Shown here one piece after another: positions 51,601 to 64,000 of a stretch of 64,000 nucleotides of DNA. The position numbers and the translations under genes are program-made. Origin of the DNA: Haliotis cracherodii. Taxonomy: Eukaryota. The stretch is from assembly GCF_022045235.1 (NCBI RefSeq), contig NW_027266285.1, positions 1,860,001 to 1,924,000 of the forward strand, written 5' to 3'. Under the pieces are notes generated by a model. The model searched no databases and was not told the DNA's origin. It saw nothing but the letters and a program-made list of their open reading frames with translations. Each line of letters begins with the position of its first letter. Position 1 is the first letter of the stretch.

Positions 51601-52989
51601 TATATTCCGAACAAACAAAAACGTGTTTCGCCACTGTTCTCACTCGATGACAAAGAAAGTCACACAGATTCCCAAGGAGACACATATTTAAGTTTCATAG
51701 TTTTTTGTCCTTGCGAACCGGAGACGAAAATGAAAACTGTTTGTAAATACAACTGTTGTCTCTCATTCACGAAATAAACCAAAATACCAGATGGGATTTA
51801 TAGCTTAAAAGACTTCATCATCGTCATCCTTGGCATCCTGATTGCATAAGTGTGTTTTCAGGGTCTGCTAATTTAAGTATGTTTGTTCGTATTAAATGCT
51901 TTATCACAGCACCAGGCATAACTGTCGTTTAATATGAATACAATGACACGTCAATACATGTGACGATACAACATATGTATGCACAATGTTACGAGTTCTT
52001 TTCATTCGCGTAATAAAATCAATAGACGTAGTTACGTCGTTTACATTAAGAAAAAAACCACCTTAATAGCCATTTCAACGTCATTTAGAAACAGCCCCAC
52101 ATCGCCACCGAGTACGCACCAACAGTAAGAATGAAACTGAACGAAAGACGAAACAATTTATAGTGGAATAATAGTAGTCATATGTGTTGGGTGTAGAAAT
52201 AAGATATTTATATTAAGCACTTATATCGGATTGTTCCTAATTATATCCTTATGGCATTAAGATAGATACTGTCTGTGGATATATCCTGGCTTGAAAGCAT
52301 TAAGGGCATTAACGAAAGTATATGTGTAATGTAACACATTTGTTACTTTTGTAAAGATTTATTCTTAGTTGTAATCAATAAATGCTTCTCACAGTCATGC
52401 AATACGTTTTTTGAAGTACATGGCATGCATTCTGAACCTCTTGATAATGAGTTATTTCAAATGGAGTGGAGTATTCATCGCCTTTGCTGTTCGTATTTTT
52501 AAGCACTGGTAAGTTATACTTAAAGTTGAAGCTTCAACATTTTACCTGATAACAAAGCTAGTTCCATGTGTATGTTTTAATGGGAATATTTATCTATACC
52601 TTTCCAGTGAAAAATGAAATTCGTTGTAATGCGTTGTAAGACGTGTTGAGAAGTTTCTTTCTCTTTGCACTTGGATAACCAAGACAGTAAGGTATATCTG
52701 AATATATAATAGCTGTTCTGATATGTGTATATGTTAAACATGAAACATTCTGTCTAACAGTATACAAAAAGGAAATATTTTACAATTACACATTTATATA
52801 CATTGCATATATTTAAAGAGTCTTATCAAGCAGTTAAGGTTTAGATTGTGTCTTTGATGAAATCCACAAGTATTAGAAATAGGATGTTCAGGAAGTCGAA
52901 CTCACAACTCACAACTGAGAGTTAAGGTACGCAAATCGAGTTTCAACAAATGTCCCCTTACATACATTAAAGCGGTACAAATATTGCAA

Positions 52990-53440
52990 AATTAAGTCCA
53001 TACAAGAATCCGATGACATCATAAGCATGTGTTTCTGTATCACTATCAAAAGGTGATGACAACATGTGGGCGTATCTGTCCCACCAGTGGCACCCGCCAC
53101 AAACACATGCAAAGGTAAGTCAATTGTTCACCTGAAAAAAACACGGGAACAGATGTTACAAATCAAAATAGGAAAAGCATCAGACATCATTTTGGCCACT
53201 GATGCGCCAAATTGGAATGCCATCCACATGTTTACCATAATGCTTTTTGAAAGCTTTGAATAGTGTAGCCCTGATCAAACCAATTTTGAGCAAGAGTCGC
53301 ATGAAGCTCGAGCAAACTCGAATGTACCTCAAAATTTGAGAAATGCAAGATGTTTTTAAATAGACATAGTTAAATGATTTTTTCATCAGTCTTTCCATGA
53401 TCACTCGCAACTGTTTCCATATGATCACCGTACACAAGAC
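52990..53440 (-). mobile_element. Penelope-like element RT C-terminus and 3' tail remnant
   Basis: ISQILRYIRVCSS...LFKAFKKHYGKH (PLE motif ISQLxRYxRxC...FxKFYGRH); tail gcgggtgccactggtgggacag, homologous to 23600-23745. Confidence 0.7.
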
Positions 53441-54479
53441 TTACATTAAATTTCTACCATTACTAAGATATTGTAAATTACTTCTTTTCACCTTGTTTCC
53501 AAATATCCCTGGTTGTTTAGTAATGTTGCACAAAAGTGTCGCGTTATCAAAGTTATGGGACAACCGATATTGGACATGGTATATCTATTACTAACTGTAT
53601 GATGTAATCCGAAAACAGCCAATGAACCTTCAATATATATTTACGAGATACAAATGATAGGAAATTCCGAGGTGCGAATTGCAGAAATAATATTGATCAG
53701 TCAGAATTATTTTAAGAAATTGCACCGAGTTGAGATTATGTTGCTTACCATGACGTACAGCGAGGTAATTAGACACAAATAAGAAATGTACTCAAATGTA
53801 CTTCTATGCTTTCCATACGACGATGAAGACCAGGTATTCAATAGCATTGTTTTTTAGCTCCATTGGCGGTTAAAATACTGGTATGTAAGTAGATATCTTA
53901 TAATTAATTCATAAAACGTAATTCTGTTTGATAACATTAACCTGAAAAAGGGGAATGGAGAGGTTGAAATAACATTAATTTAAGAATAGTAGGTAAGTCA
54001 TGTTGAGTATGCTGTGATACTAGTGCAGTGTTGTTAATTGTAAGGGTTTTGAAAACTTTCTTATGTTTGATTTATAGTATTTTCTGTTTGTAATAATTAT
54101 TCCAGTTTTCACCCCAGTTTCATTATTGTCTCGTTAGAAACTTTCCTATTTGTACATATTGTTTGGGTTTCAGTAAATTTTCTTTCCAGTATGTTAGAGA
54201 TCATATCATAATTCATTCAACTTTATGTTGTTTATACCTGCATTGTTTACATTTCCGGGATTTGCGTGGTATCTGCAGAATGTAATCTAATTTAAGCTTG
54301 ATCGATGTGTTTTTTTTCAGTTTTTCTTTTAACGTACAACCTATCGCTTGATTTCTTTTTCGTTTCATTTTGTGTGTGTCCTTAATGATAAGCGTCGTTC
54401 ATCAATGACTCTGTGCTGTTCTTGTAGCCTGTAATCGAATACAAAGTATATTTATCATATCATATTCACATGTACTTTA

Positions 54480-55215
54480 GGTCAGAGGCCTCTGATACTG
54501 GATAAATTCTTGACTCTTGTTAGTGTTAGTAATTTCAATATCTTGGAAGTAGCCTTTGAACTGAGGGAACGTGGCTGTATCCTGAAGAATCAAAACCAAC
54601 TTTGTTGGCATAATATTAAAAGATATACTCTAATGTGGCGTTAAGGAGTTTTGCAAAGAAATGTGTTTCGTGCAGAATCTGTATGATTCTGGCGCCCGAA
54701 CGAATTGCATTTACATGTTCGGTAATTGGGTGAGAGCTGAAAGTCAAATGAGCACAGCACTGAAGGTGTTAATGCTTTTCCTTTTTCGTTTGTGAATGTT
54801 ATGGGTTGTAAGCCTTTAATTACCCATGTTGCGATAACACTCACAGTGTTGGATATGTGGATATTCTATTGTTTTTCATTATCGAGTTTCAGAGTTTTTT
54901 ACGGCATAATGTGTAGGTAACAGACAATTTGTCAGCTGTTTTTTCATCAAAGAGACGCTACGAATTTGTCTTTCAGACATATGACACAGAGGCCAGGTGG
55001 CACTTCGAAGCCACGCGTTGACATCTTGCAAATCTTGTCTGGATTGTTTTGAAGGTCATGGTTGTGATGTGATTTGATCTCCCCAGTCCTTGCTGGTTCT
55101 GTAACGAATCTGTCAGGAGGTAGCTCCAGCTTTGTGCAACGTCTACATGTTATAATATTGATGTTGTACCAATAACCATATCTGCCGTCTTCAGCATGTA
55201 CTTGAGATGCGGATC
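54480..55215 (-). pseudogene. Decayed TNF-receptor-like cysteine-rich gene fragment
   Basis: YGYWYN..TCRRCTK, DKICK..RGFEV..GLCVICLKDKF, HCECYRNMG, LCSFDFQLSPNYRTC and, after an AG acceptor, KGYFQD; several stops, frameshifts and lost cysteines. Confidence 0.4.
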
Positions 55216-55801
55216 CTAGATTCAATTTGATGCTAACTTATTAGATAAAGATCTTTCATTTCGTTCTGCTCTGCACTCAGAAAAATATTACAAGTGGGTA
55301 CTTTGCAGTTACATTCCTGATACAGCTGTTGGCTGTCTATCATGTAGTTGTTTTTCTTTTTCTGTGAAATAAAGGAACAATAATAGATCTGGCGTCACCT
55401 GGCTTCCACTTTTACACTAGACTCTCGTAAGGAATCCCCACCAGAATATGCCTGTAATGTCGTGTATCGTGTAAGAACGAACGAAAATGAGTTTGAAAAT
55501 ATGATTTTACGGGTAAACAACGATAAACAATTCTTTGTCATAAATGTTACAGAGTTTGATTAGTACTGAAAATGAATACAGTAGAGAGTACATGCTATTC
55601 GGATAGGTGAACAAACCCTCAGATGTGACTTGTAAGTTATCAACTCCAGATAGTGTGTATCGTTGATCAGAAAATCGACATCACAGGCCGTCGATGTGCA
55701 ATCACTCACTCTATGCAATACGTCCCATTACATCCTTGTGCACATTGTCGAGTTTACCATATATATAATATTATAAACGTATTGTTTATAAAGATTATAT
55801 A

Positions 55802-57073
55802 AACTGACGGGGAAAACAAATTTTACCACTTTAAAAATGAAAACACATCATCCAAACACAACATTGCTCGATCCAGAAAGTGACATACGTCGACGGCACA
55901 TACTTAAATTTTTTTTTTGTAGAACATGCGAAAAACACGGTATGACACTCACGCTGATAAAAAACACGACAGAAATCCCACGACTGACGCCCGAACATCG
56001 CGAGCGGGCCTAGGATATGATACTACAGATGGGAGCCTCTTTTGCCCACAATGCTAGAACCTTTGGGTGTTTGTTTTCTGTAACTGACCTGATGCAACGT
56101 TACAGACAGACCAGGCAGACACCAGACAGGTCAAGAACCGCCCGACCTAGGGTAACTACGCTCAATGAAGACCGTAAATTGCGTACTTTTCATTTCTGGA
56201 ATCAATTCCTGACAGTGACATCATCAACGACGAATGCCTTAGAGCATATGGTTAGTCGACAAACATTGGCCAGTTCTGTGTGTTCTGAGCTAAAGCTGTT
56301 TCTGTGTGTTCTGAGCTAAAGGAAGACAGCGTGTTTACCGCCGAAAGGGAGAACGAATGGTGTAATTTTGCGTTCGTCGTGCCGTATTGTGGGAGGGGGT
56401 TTATGGTTTGGGGAGAGACTTGTGGGCAGAGACGACCACCGGTCATCGGTAACGGAAATGTGACACCTCAGAGTTACATGGATGACATTCTCCGTCCGAT
56501 TGTCTTACAATGTCTGCAACAGCTGCCACGTGGTGTCCTTTATCAGCATGACAACGCCAGAAACCAAAGATCGTATAGACCTTCCTTGCAGCCAACAACG
56601 TCAACGTCTTGCCATGACCTGCACGCTCCCTAAATGTGTCCCCCATAGATGTCATGGATCGTTGTGTTCGACAGCGACCACATCATCCAACCAACCGACA
56701 AGAACTGATTCGGGCCCTCCAAGAAGAATGGCATATATCCCTCGTGACGTCATCAAACGATTGACCTTTTCCATGCACCGAAGATTTTTTTATTGTCTTG
56801 TAGCAAGGGGTGGTGACACACTATTATTGTAATGTGTCATTGAACTTGAGCGATTGTGGATGCCTGTGTACCCCGTCCATACGTTGAAAGCTTGTTTTGG
56901 CTACACCACCTCAATTCGGGCAACTGCCATGCCAATATCAGATGCTATATGGCTGTCATTTTAAATGTTAATTTCGTTGAGATTGTGATCATTTCAAAAA
57001 GTTTACTTCATCTTGTGTGGTTTTCAAATTAGAGTGATTTAAAACTATGGTTAAGTTTCTTTTGCCGTCAGTT
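55802..57073 (+). mobile_element. Tc1-family DNA transposon, decayed and internally deleted
   Basis: TIRs aactgacggggaaaacaaattttacc / ggttaagtttcttttgccgtcagtt; transposase 55975-56832: PRLTPEHRERA, ARTFGC, RYRQT..DRSRTARPRVTT..EDR, FMVWG, YMDDILRP, YQHDNAR, RLTFSMHRR..VARGGDT. Confidence 0.92.
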
Positions 57074-57154
57074 AAATTATGATTCAGCATTGTGCTTTCT
57101 CATGGATCAAACAATTACCCCAATCACTACAAATTTTAAATCGTTATATTAAAC

Positions 57155-57371
57155 AGTCGTCTAAGGCGCCGCAATTCGCTATGAAGACTTACGCCTCTTA
57201 GGTGTGCCAGAAACCGTGTTAGCCCTGATTTCTTCATGTGGTGTAAACACAACACCTGTGCTCGTGGGTTTCACCATCGTGGAGACCTGCACCACTTTAG
57301 GTTTGCCTCCCACGTCAAGCTGATTCGCCATGTTATAACTGCATATAACTCACTCACTCACTCACTCACTC
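57155..57371 (+). mobile_element. SINE family B, degenerate copy
   Basis: agtcgtctaaggcgccgcaattcgctatg...gccagaaacc...gtgctcgtgggtttcacc...ctcccacgtcaagctga; (actc)n tail. Confidence 0.85.
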
Positions 57372-59119
57372 AACGATATATAAAATGTGCCCACTAACAT
57401 CAAGGGCTTTTCATATAACAAATTATTTTCTAAGACATTACATAACGTGTTTGGAGAGACAAACATGACACAAATAGAGCTTTATTTTACTGCCATGTGC
57501 AATATGATAGCTAACTTTAACATTACAATACTGACTAGGCGCAATCCTCTGTAACATGAGACCCACAAGGGAATGATAAGCTCTTGACATTATTGAAACG
57601 GTGCTTCTAGTCTTTGCTACATCTATCAACCAGGGCCATATTCTTTGTCAGGAAAGAAATTACATTTGTTTTCCTATATAATTGCATCTGCTTGACGTAA
57701 CAGATTGGCTAGGTCTCAGTATCGCTTGTTCATCGTAAGCATAATCTCGGTTTTATATTTCTTTATAGCCTCCAATGGTAAAGGCTAACTCGCATAAAAA
57801 AACAATCATATGTTGCTTCGTGTTATAGCAGTGTTGTTGTGGTAGCTGTTTTACCTATACATGTACACTATGTTTAGAAGCCAATTACATGTGCGTGTCG
57901 GTTACTGCTAAAAAACGTTGTTGTCGTAGGGTTTTCTGAACTCCGTAAGGGAAGAGATACATTTTTCTTGCGCACAAGCTAAGGTGCGAAATCTGACTTG
58001 CATTCTTTTGATGGAGATGTCATAAGGGTAGCCACCGTGCAGGCTTGTTTTGTAAAAGAGAGTTGTTTTTTTAGAGATACATGCTATTAAGAGGTTGTAC
58101 TGATGACGTGTGCAGAAAAGGCATTTAATTTTGACGTACGTAGACCACGTGTTACATTAGGTCTCACAGACGTTTGGTGTACTCGATTAAAACCCCTACC
58201 TTAAGATTGAAACAATCAATTTCCAGATATAACCAATTTGGTTACATATACTGAGGAAAACATTAGGGATCATATACAAACTTTTGGGGGATATGTTTAT
58301 AGAACTATGTGTTCAATCTTCACTATAAAATATTTTGACTACTTCATTAGGTTGAGATTCCTATGTTGATTATGTTAACATATACCTTTTTGCTTGTGTA
58401 CATAAAACGGTCCTTGCTTGTGAGTACCATTATCATATGGATAAAAAAAACGTTCGTTATGTGTTGGTGATCTAATCTTGTATACGAAGCCCTGTACGAG
58501 GTTTACAGACACACAGAGGCTTTTGACATGACAATATCGAAGATGCCTTCTGACAGGGCCGCCAGCAGCATGGAACCCACGTTTTTATGACCCCATCACG
58601 GAAAAGGGGGATATTATTTGGATGCACTTCTTTCTCTACCCACTCCAATAAAAAGTTTGAAAAACTCGTTTTTCTCGGTTACGCTGTGAAATTCCGCTCA
58701 GCGACTTCTATATTATCATAAACAAGGGTAGCAATATACATTTCACAAACAATGCGTAGAATGACGACTCAGGGTATGTATTGTGAAATTCAGTCACATC
58801 AACAGGACGTAAAACTTGGCGCTATTCTATCCGTATTGTAAACTCACATTAACTGAGTTACAACGTTTGGCCTTTACGTCTGTAAAACAACATGACGTCC
58901 AATGTGCAACATGTCCTTCATGGTATTTTTTACGGAGGAGAATTTGGTAACCAGCAACCTTTTTGGCGTAAAACAGGTGACTCAAATTGCGGGTCATCGA
59001 AATCCGAGGCCAATACTTTCAGTCACATGTTTTCCTTGTTTAGATTCTATTATTTTGATATAGGTGGAATAATCTCACTCACTTACATACTATTGTCATT
59101 TTCATGAAACGTTAGGTAA

Positions 59120-59215
59120 AGTTAGTTTCTTGTTAATGCCACACTCACCAATATTCCGGCTTTATGACTGCGGTCTGTAAATGATCGAGTCTGGTCCAGA
59201 GAATCCAGCGATTGA
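59120..59215 (-). mobile_element. Short retroposon family A 3' end abutting the 66-bp array
   Basis: Minus strand ggattctctggaccagactcgatcatttacagaccgcagtcataaagccggaatattggtgagtgtggcattaac. Confidence 0.8.
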
Positions 59216-60022
59216 CATCTTGGAAGATCTTGCCACGGTGCTCGGTACATCTTGCCCCTGTGTTTGGAACACCATGCGTCGATATTTGGAAGATCCTTCC
59301 ACGCTGGTGGGTACACCTTGCTCCTGTGTTTAGATCATCTTGCATCAATATTTAGAAGATCTTGCCACGCTGGTGGGTACACCTTGGTCCTGTGTTTGTA
59401 ACATCACGTATCAATATTTAGAAGATCATGCCACGCTGGTCGGTACACCTTGGTCCTGTGTTTGTAACATCACGTATCAATATTTAGAAGATCTTGCCAC
59501 GCTGGTCGGCACACCTTGGTCCTGCTTGTAACATCTTGCATCGCTATTTGGAAGATCTTGCCACGCTGGTCGGTACACCCTGCTCCTGTGTTTGTAACAT
59601 CATGCATCATTATTTGGAAGATCTTGCCACGCAGGTCGGCATACCTTGCTCCTGTGTTTGTGACACCATGCATTGATATTTGGAAGGTCTTGCCAAGCTG
59701 GTCGGTACACCTTGCTCCTGTGTTTGTAACATCATGCATCATTATTTGGAAGATCTTGCCACGCTGGTCGGTACACCTTGCTCCTGTGTTTGGAACATCT
59801 TTACATAAATATTTAGAAGATCTTTGTACACCTTGCTACTGTGTTTGGAACATCTTGCATCAATATTTAGAAGATCTTGGTACACCTTGCTCCTGTGTTT
59901 GTAACATCTTACAGCGATATTTGGAAGATCTTGTTAAACCTTGCTCCTGTGTTTGTAACATCTTGCATCAATATTTAGAAATCTTGGTACACCTTGCGGC
60001 GGTTTTTGGGAACATCTTGCCA
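59216..60022. repeat. 66-bp / 54-bp tandem repeat, ~13 units
   Basis: gaagatc-type anchor at 59223, 59289, 59355, 59421, 59487, 59551, 59617, 59683, 59749 and 59816, then 54-bp spacing at 59870, 59924 and 59978. Confidence 0.96.
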
Positions 60023-61085
60023 CAGTGTCCGGAATAGTTAAATCTTTATTCGATGCTATCCTGTTTGAGCGAGAGCAGATGCAGAACAGCGATGGCGGTT
60101 TGTGTTGTTGCTTTCACTGAGGTTCACAGACGAGGTTTTATTTTGTGTTGTCAATGTGAAGGTTGGTGTAACTGACGAAGCGAAATTTAAGCAGGACAAC
60201 AATAGTGTTATTATATATATTTATTCATAAATCTGAACCACAATGGCATACGCGATACGTTTCGATACTACTGTCACATTTCGCAACAATAAAAAAACCA
60301 AACTACTGGATGGAATACAACATCACGGACACTAAGTGTTTAAAGATGAGCATGTCAAGCCTACGCGACATGATTGTAATTCTATAGTAAAGAAGTGGTC
60401 TTGTGGTATCATATTCACGATTAAAACAATTTCTAAACAATATACAAACATGAATCGCAGAATGTTTTTGATATTCTGTGTGAAGCAACTGATTATATAC
60501 GACTGCGTTTCATTTCGATGATTTGCGAATCAGTTAGAAACGAGAACGATCGCATTCTCCATAACATTTTGTAAAGAAAAACACCGATGCCTTCCTTTTT
60601 GTTAACTGCTGTATGCACCTGCCTCTGAACTCTCTGGACATTCAGTGTACAGATTCAGTTAGATCGAAGCCTTTCTGTGACGTAGAAAGAAACACGCGTT
60701 GATCAGCGAGGAATATGTAATATAGATCTAATGAAATGACCACCAAAAAAACAACAACGGTGATGACGCAATTACACTTGGAACATGGGTCTAGTTCTCA
60801 AGGTTTACCGGATATGTTAAGTGCTTTCTTAGCATGGGATCATAAAGGTCTCTTATATTATGAGAAAACCATTACATTACATGCGGAAGATATTAAAACC
60901 TTTCACAGAGAGGTGCTATTTTCATCCAGACTGAATTACGCCCGAGCAAGGAAGTAAAGTTATGGAACGCGTGTAGGGACATTGTGCTTATACGTTGTAT
61001 CGTGGATAGGAATATTTTCATCACTTAAAATTTGAATGAAAAATGTTTGATGGACATTCTTATTAAACCGCGGAAAGTTTGCATA

Positions 61086-63611
61086 TAGTCCGGTCAATAT
61101 AGTGTCAAATCCTACCAAATCCACCACAAATTGCAACGGAAATGATTTTTCCTTTTTCATGTTCAGATGGTATCCCTACACAACATATTTAAAATCTAGG
61201 AAAATCTAAGTTGGGGAAAATTGTTAAGTTTGGGTATGATCTTTTGGGGGTAAATCAATGTAAAATACAAAAAAGCCCGAAAACTTAATGTTTCATTTTT
61301 CCTTTAACCATATCAAGTTAGATATCAAATGAAAGCTGGCATCACATGCCGTCTTTTTGTATCTATAGTTTGTATCTATTTTGCATAAAAGTGAAATAAT
61401 CGGCCTTTGAAACAAAAACAAAACTGGGGGGGGGGGGGGGGGGAGTACATATATCCATATGTATTCATCTATATAATTTTTGTTAGTCTTAACTATATTT
61501 ATTTCATAATATTAAAAATTGTTTATTTGTTTGAAAAACTTCATTTTAAAATATTTCCTTTTAAAATCTTGTATTTCAAGAGAGGTCATCAATAAATGTT
61601 GACAAATATAAGATTCCCAACAAGTTACAAGGGAACAAGGAGACAGGATAACAAGGTCATCAGTAAAGGCAATGGCAAGAGCACATGTCTTTGTAGATAC
61701 CAGTGTGAAGGCTTTGCTGGTAGCGAAGGTTTTTCATGTTTCAACAAAAAAATCTGAACAGAAGTTCAAGAGATCATGAGAGAACCGGGGGCATGGGTGG
61801 CCCAGTCGTCTAAGGCGCCGCGATTCGCTGTGCAGAGTTGCGTCCCTTGGGCACGCCAGAAACCTATGGTTGTTGGTTCGAATCCCGATTCGCCCCGATT
61901 ATGTTTCTAGGTTTGTCAGCACCATAGCCGTGCCCATGGGCTTCACCGAAGTGGTAAACTCTGAGACCTGCATCACTTCGGCCTTCCTCCCACATTAAGC
62001 TGACACGCCGTGATATAACTGGAATACTGTTAAAAGCGGTGTTAAACCCAACTCACACACTCACTCACTCATGAGAGAACAATGGAGGAATTGTCAGAGG
62101 AACCAGTAGTGAAGCGACAAAGGAACACCCAGATTGCTCACCTGACAATGAAGATCTCACAGACATATGTACTCTATTTGATGATTTGATTAGTGGAACT
62201 ATTTCTACTGATGATGTTGAATCGCCAAACTTCAAACAATGATGGACTCCGTGAAGAACTTGAGAACAACAAAGCTCTGGATGCAATACATGGAGATGGT
62301 GGATATCCTAAGGAGTTTCATTCGAGGTGAGAGAACTGGCAATTGGAATCTCCATCTCAAATCCTTATAGCATATGCTCCCATACTCCATGATGTCACAA
62401 CTGCCAGAAATGCATCCAGAAGTTCACAAGATGTTTGAGGATGGTCACCCCATTGTTCGACAATCTAATCGCTTCTGGGGAGGTCTATTCTCTGATCTAG
62501 TTATCGAACAAGTCCTCATGTGAAATTTAAAAACAAATGGTGGACTAACAAGAGGAACTGGAATGAACAAGACACAACGTCTTGTATGGCTGATGCCCAT
62601 GCCTGTCTGAACAGAGATAAACAATACAATGCAAGAGTTGACTCAGGTTGAAAACAGAAGCAGTGAAGAGCATACAGATATGACCACAGCAAGGATTCAC
62701 AGAAATACATCAGATTTGAAAAACCTGGTAGACTACCTCGCTGATCGAGATCCATTTCATGAAGACCCTGTCCTCAGAAATATTGCAAATGGCATCACAA
62801 CTAATAACACAGTCAACGCAGATGAAGCGAAAAGTGGTGGATCGATGATCTTGAATTCAATGTCTGGCAAATTATATCTGACTTTCAATCAAGAAATCCA
62901 ATCAAGCTGTGACATGATATTACAGACCATCTGTTTAAGGTGAGGAAATTGCAGAACCTGTTAACCCTCTACTCTTGTACCAGAGACTAGTTACAGCAGC
63001 TGGTGATACATCAGACACCTTGAAAAAGATGTATGTGGCATGTACTGCAAATATGTCACCAGTCATTATGGAATGCCAACAATTGTCTTTGATGACTACA
63101 ACGAGAACCCATCAACCAAGGATATGACACATCTGAGGAGAACCGAGGGTGTAGTTGGAGCAACTGCAAAGTTTGACGGCGACATGATCATTCAGTCCGA
63201 GAAGGAACAATTCCTTGTGAACGCCAAAAATAAACAAAGACAGCATAGGGAAAGCAGTATCTTTGAAAACATTCCAGTCAAGTCCTGACTTCAGGGACCA
63301 TGCTAAGGTGTTTGACAAGCCGTTGCAGGATATAACCAGAGAACAGATAATAATATCTGGAGAATAGGCTCTCTTGTGCCTTTACAACAGTTTACCAGGA
63401 GAAGACCTGAAATATCTAAGATACCGTCGGTTTCCTGAGAAAGTCATATCAAGTGTGACTTACGTCACCCTGCAATGCTTACCCCCATCATCAGCTGCTG
63501 CAAAATTTCTCAGCATGCGGGTCTATCATCAGGTGCAGCAATGGAAAGTGGTGGATGAAATTGCAGCAGAAGAATGGGGTTGGAGAGTTATTGGATATTT
63601 TGACTGGACTA
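61086..63611 (+). mobile_element. Internally deleted Academ (AcademX, transposase plus XPG-like nuclease) DNA transposon
   Basis: TIRs tagtccggtcaatata / tattttgactggacta (14/16); 3-bp TSD ATA (61083-61085, 63612-63614); LWMQYMEMVDILRSFIRGERTGNWNLHL, RFWGGLFSDLVIEQVLM.NLKTNGGLTRG, IVFDDY..PSTKD..HLRR, LPPSSAAAKFLSMRVYHQVQQW. Confidence 0.82.
61786..62068 (+). mobile_element. SINE family B, full length, nested in the Academ element
   Basis: TSD tcatgagagaac at 61774-61785 and 62069-62080; tRNA-like head, (actc)n tail. Confidence 0.93.
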
Positions 63612-64000
63612 ATATGTCTGAAAATGCACCGGCGTTTGATCATTTAATCCAATCAAACTAAAAGTTATGTTTACTCTTTTTAATTTGATAAAACGTATAC
63701 TAATACATAATAATGAACGTTGCCCCGCTTGTATCATTCTTAAGTAATGAGAGAGTACTCTGTATTTATACACCACCTTGTATATATACAGAGTGACACG
63801 GTTAACCCAGTGTAATGTGTAGACTTGAGTTATCTCCCTTAGTGGTGAATTAATCCGCTGATTGCGGGTTCGATTTCCAGATCAATAATTAGGATAATTG
63901 GTTTGACAGCACCATACCTACATATTAAACCGAGGTAGTATCTACATTTAGGACATCTGTCTCTCTTTTCTATCCATGTCAAACCGTAAGGGGTTAAATA

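Overview
AT-rich, gene-poor eukaryotic (animal) genomic DNA with two assembly gaps. The SINE families with (ACTC)n and (AAAC)n tails resemble those I recall from gastropod molluscs, most likely abalone (Haliotis); this attribution is inference. No intact multi-exon gene can be assembled. The window is dominated by decayed mobile DNA: (1) an internally deleted AcademX DNA transposon with TIRs and a 3-bp TSD, carrying a nested SINE; (2) a Tc1 element and a mariner element; (3) a ~1.7-kb foldback element with ~350-bp inverted arms; (4) two R4/Dong-clade non-LTR retrotransposon copies in (TAA)n tracts; (5) Penelope-like RT remnants and a probable solo Penelope pseudo-LTR with a decayed hammerhead ribozyme; (6) at least four short retroposon families; (7) 16-, 17-, 52- and 66-bp tandem arrays. 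Possible host or viral coding traces are a candidate first exon and promoter (minus strand, ~6.9-7.3 kb), a decayed TNFR-like cysteine-rich gene (~54.5-55.2 kb) and a divergent pair of compact ORFs (~31.5-32.2 kb). I found no clearly new multi-gene system. The best leads are the hammerhead motif, the pseudoknotted head of a tRNA-less short retroposon, and the virus-like ORF pair.
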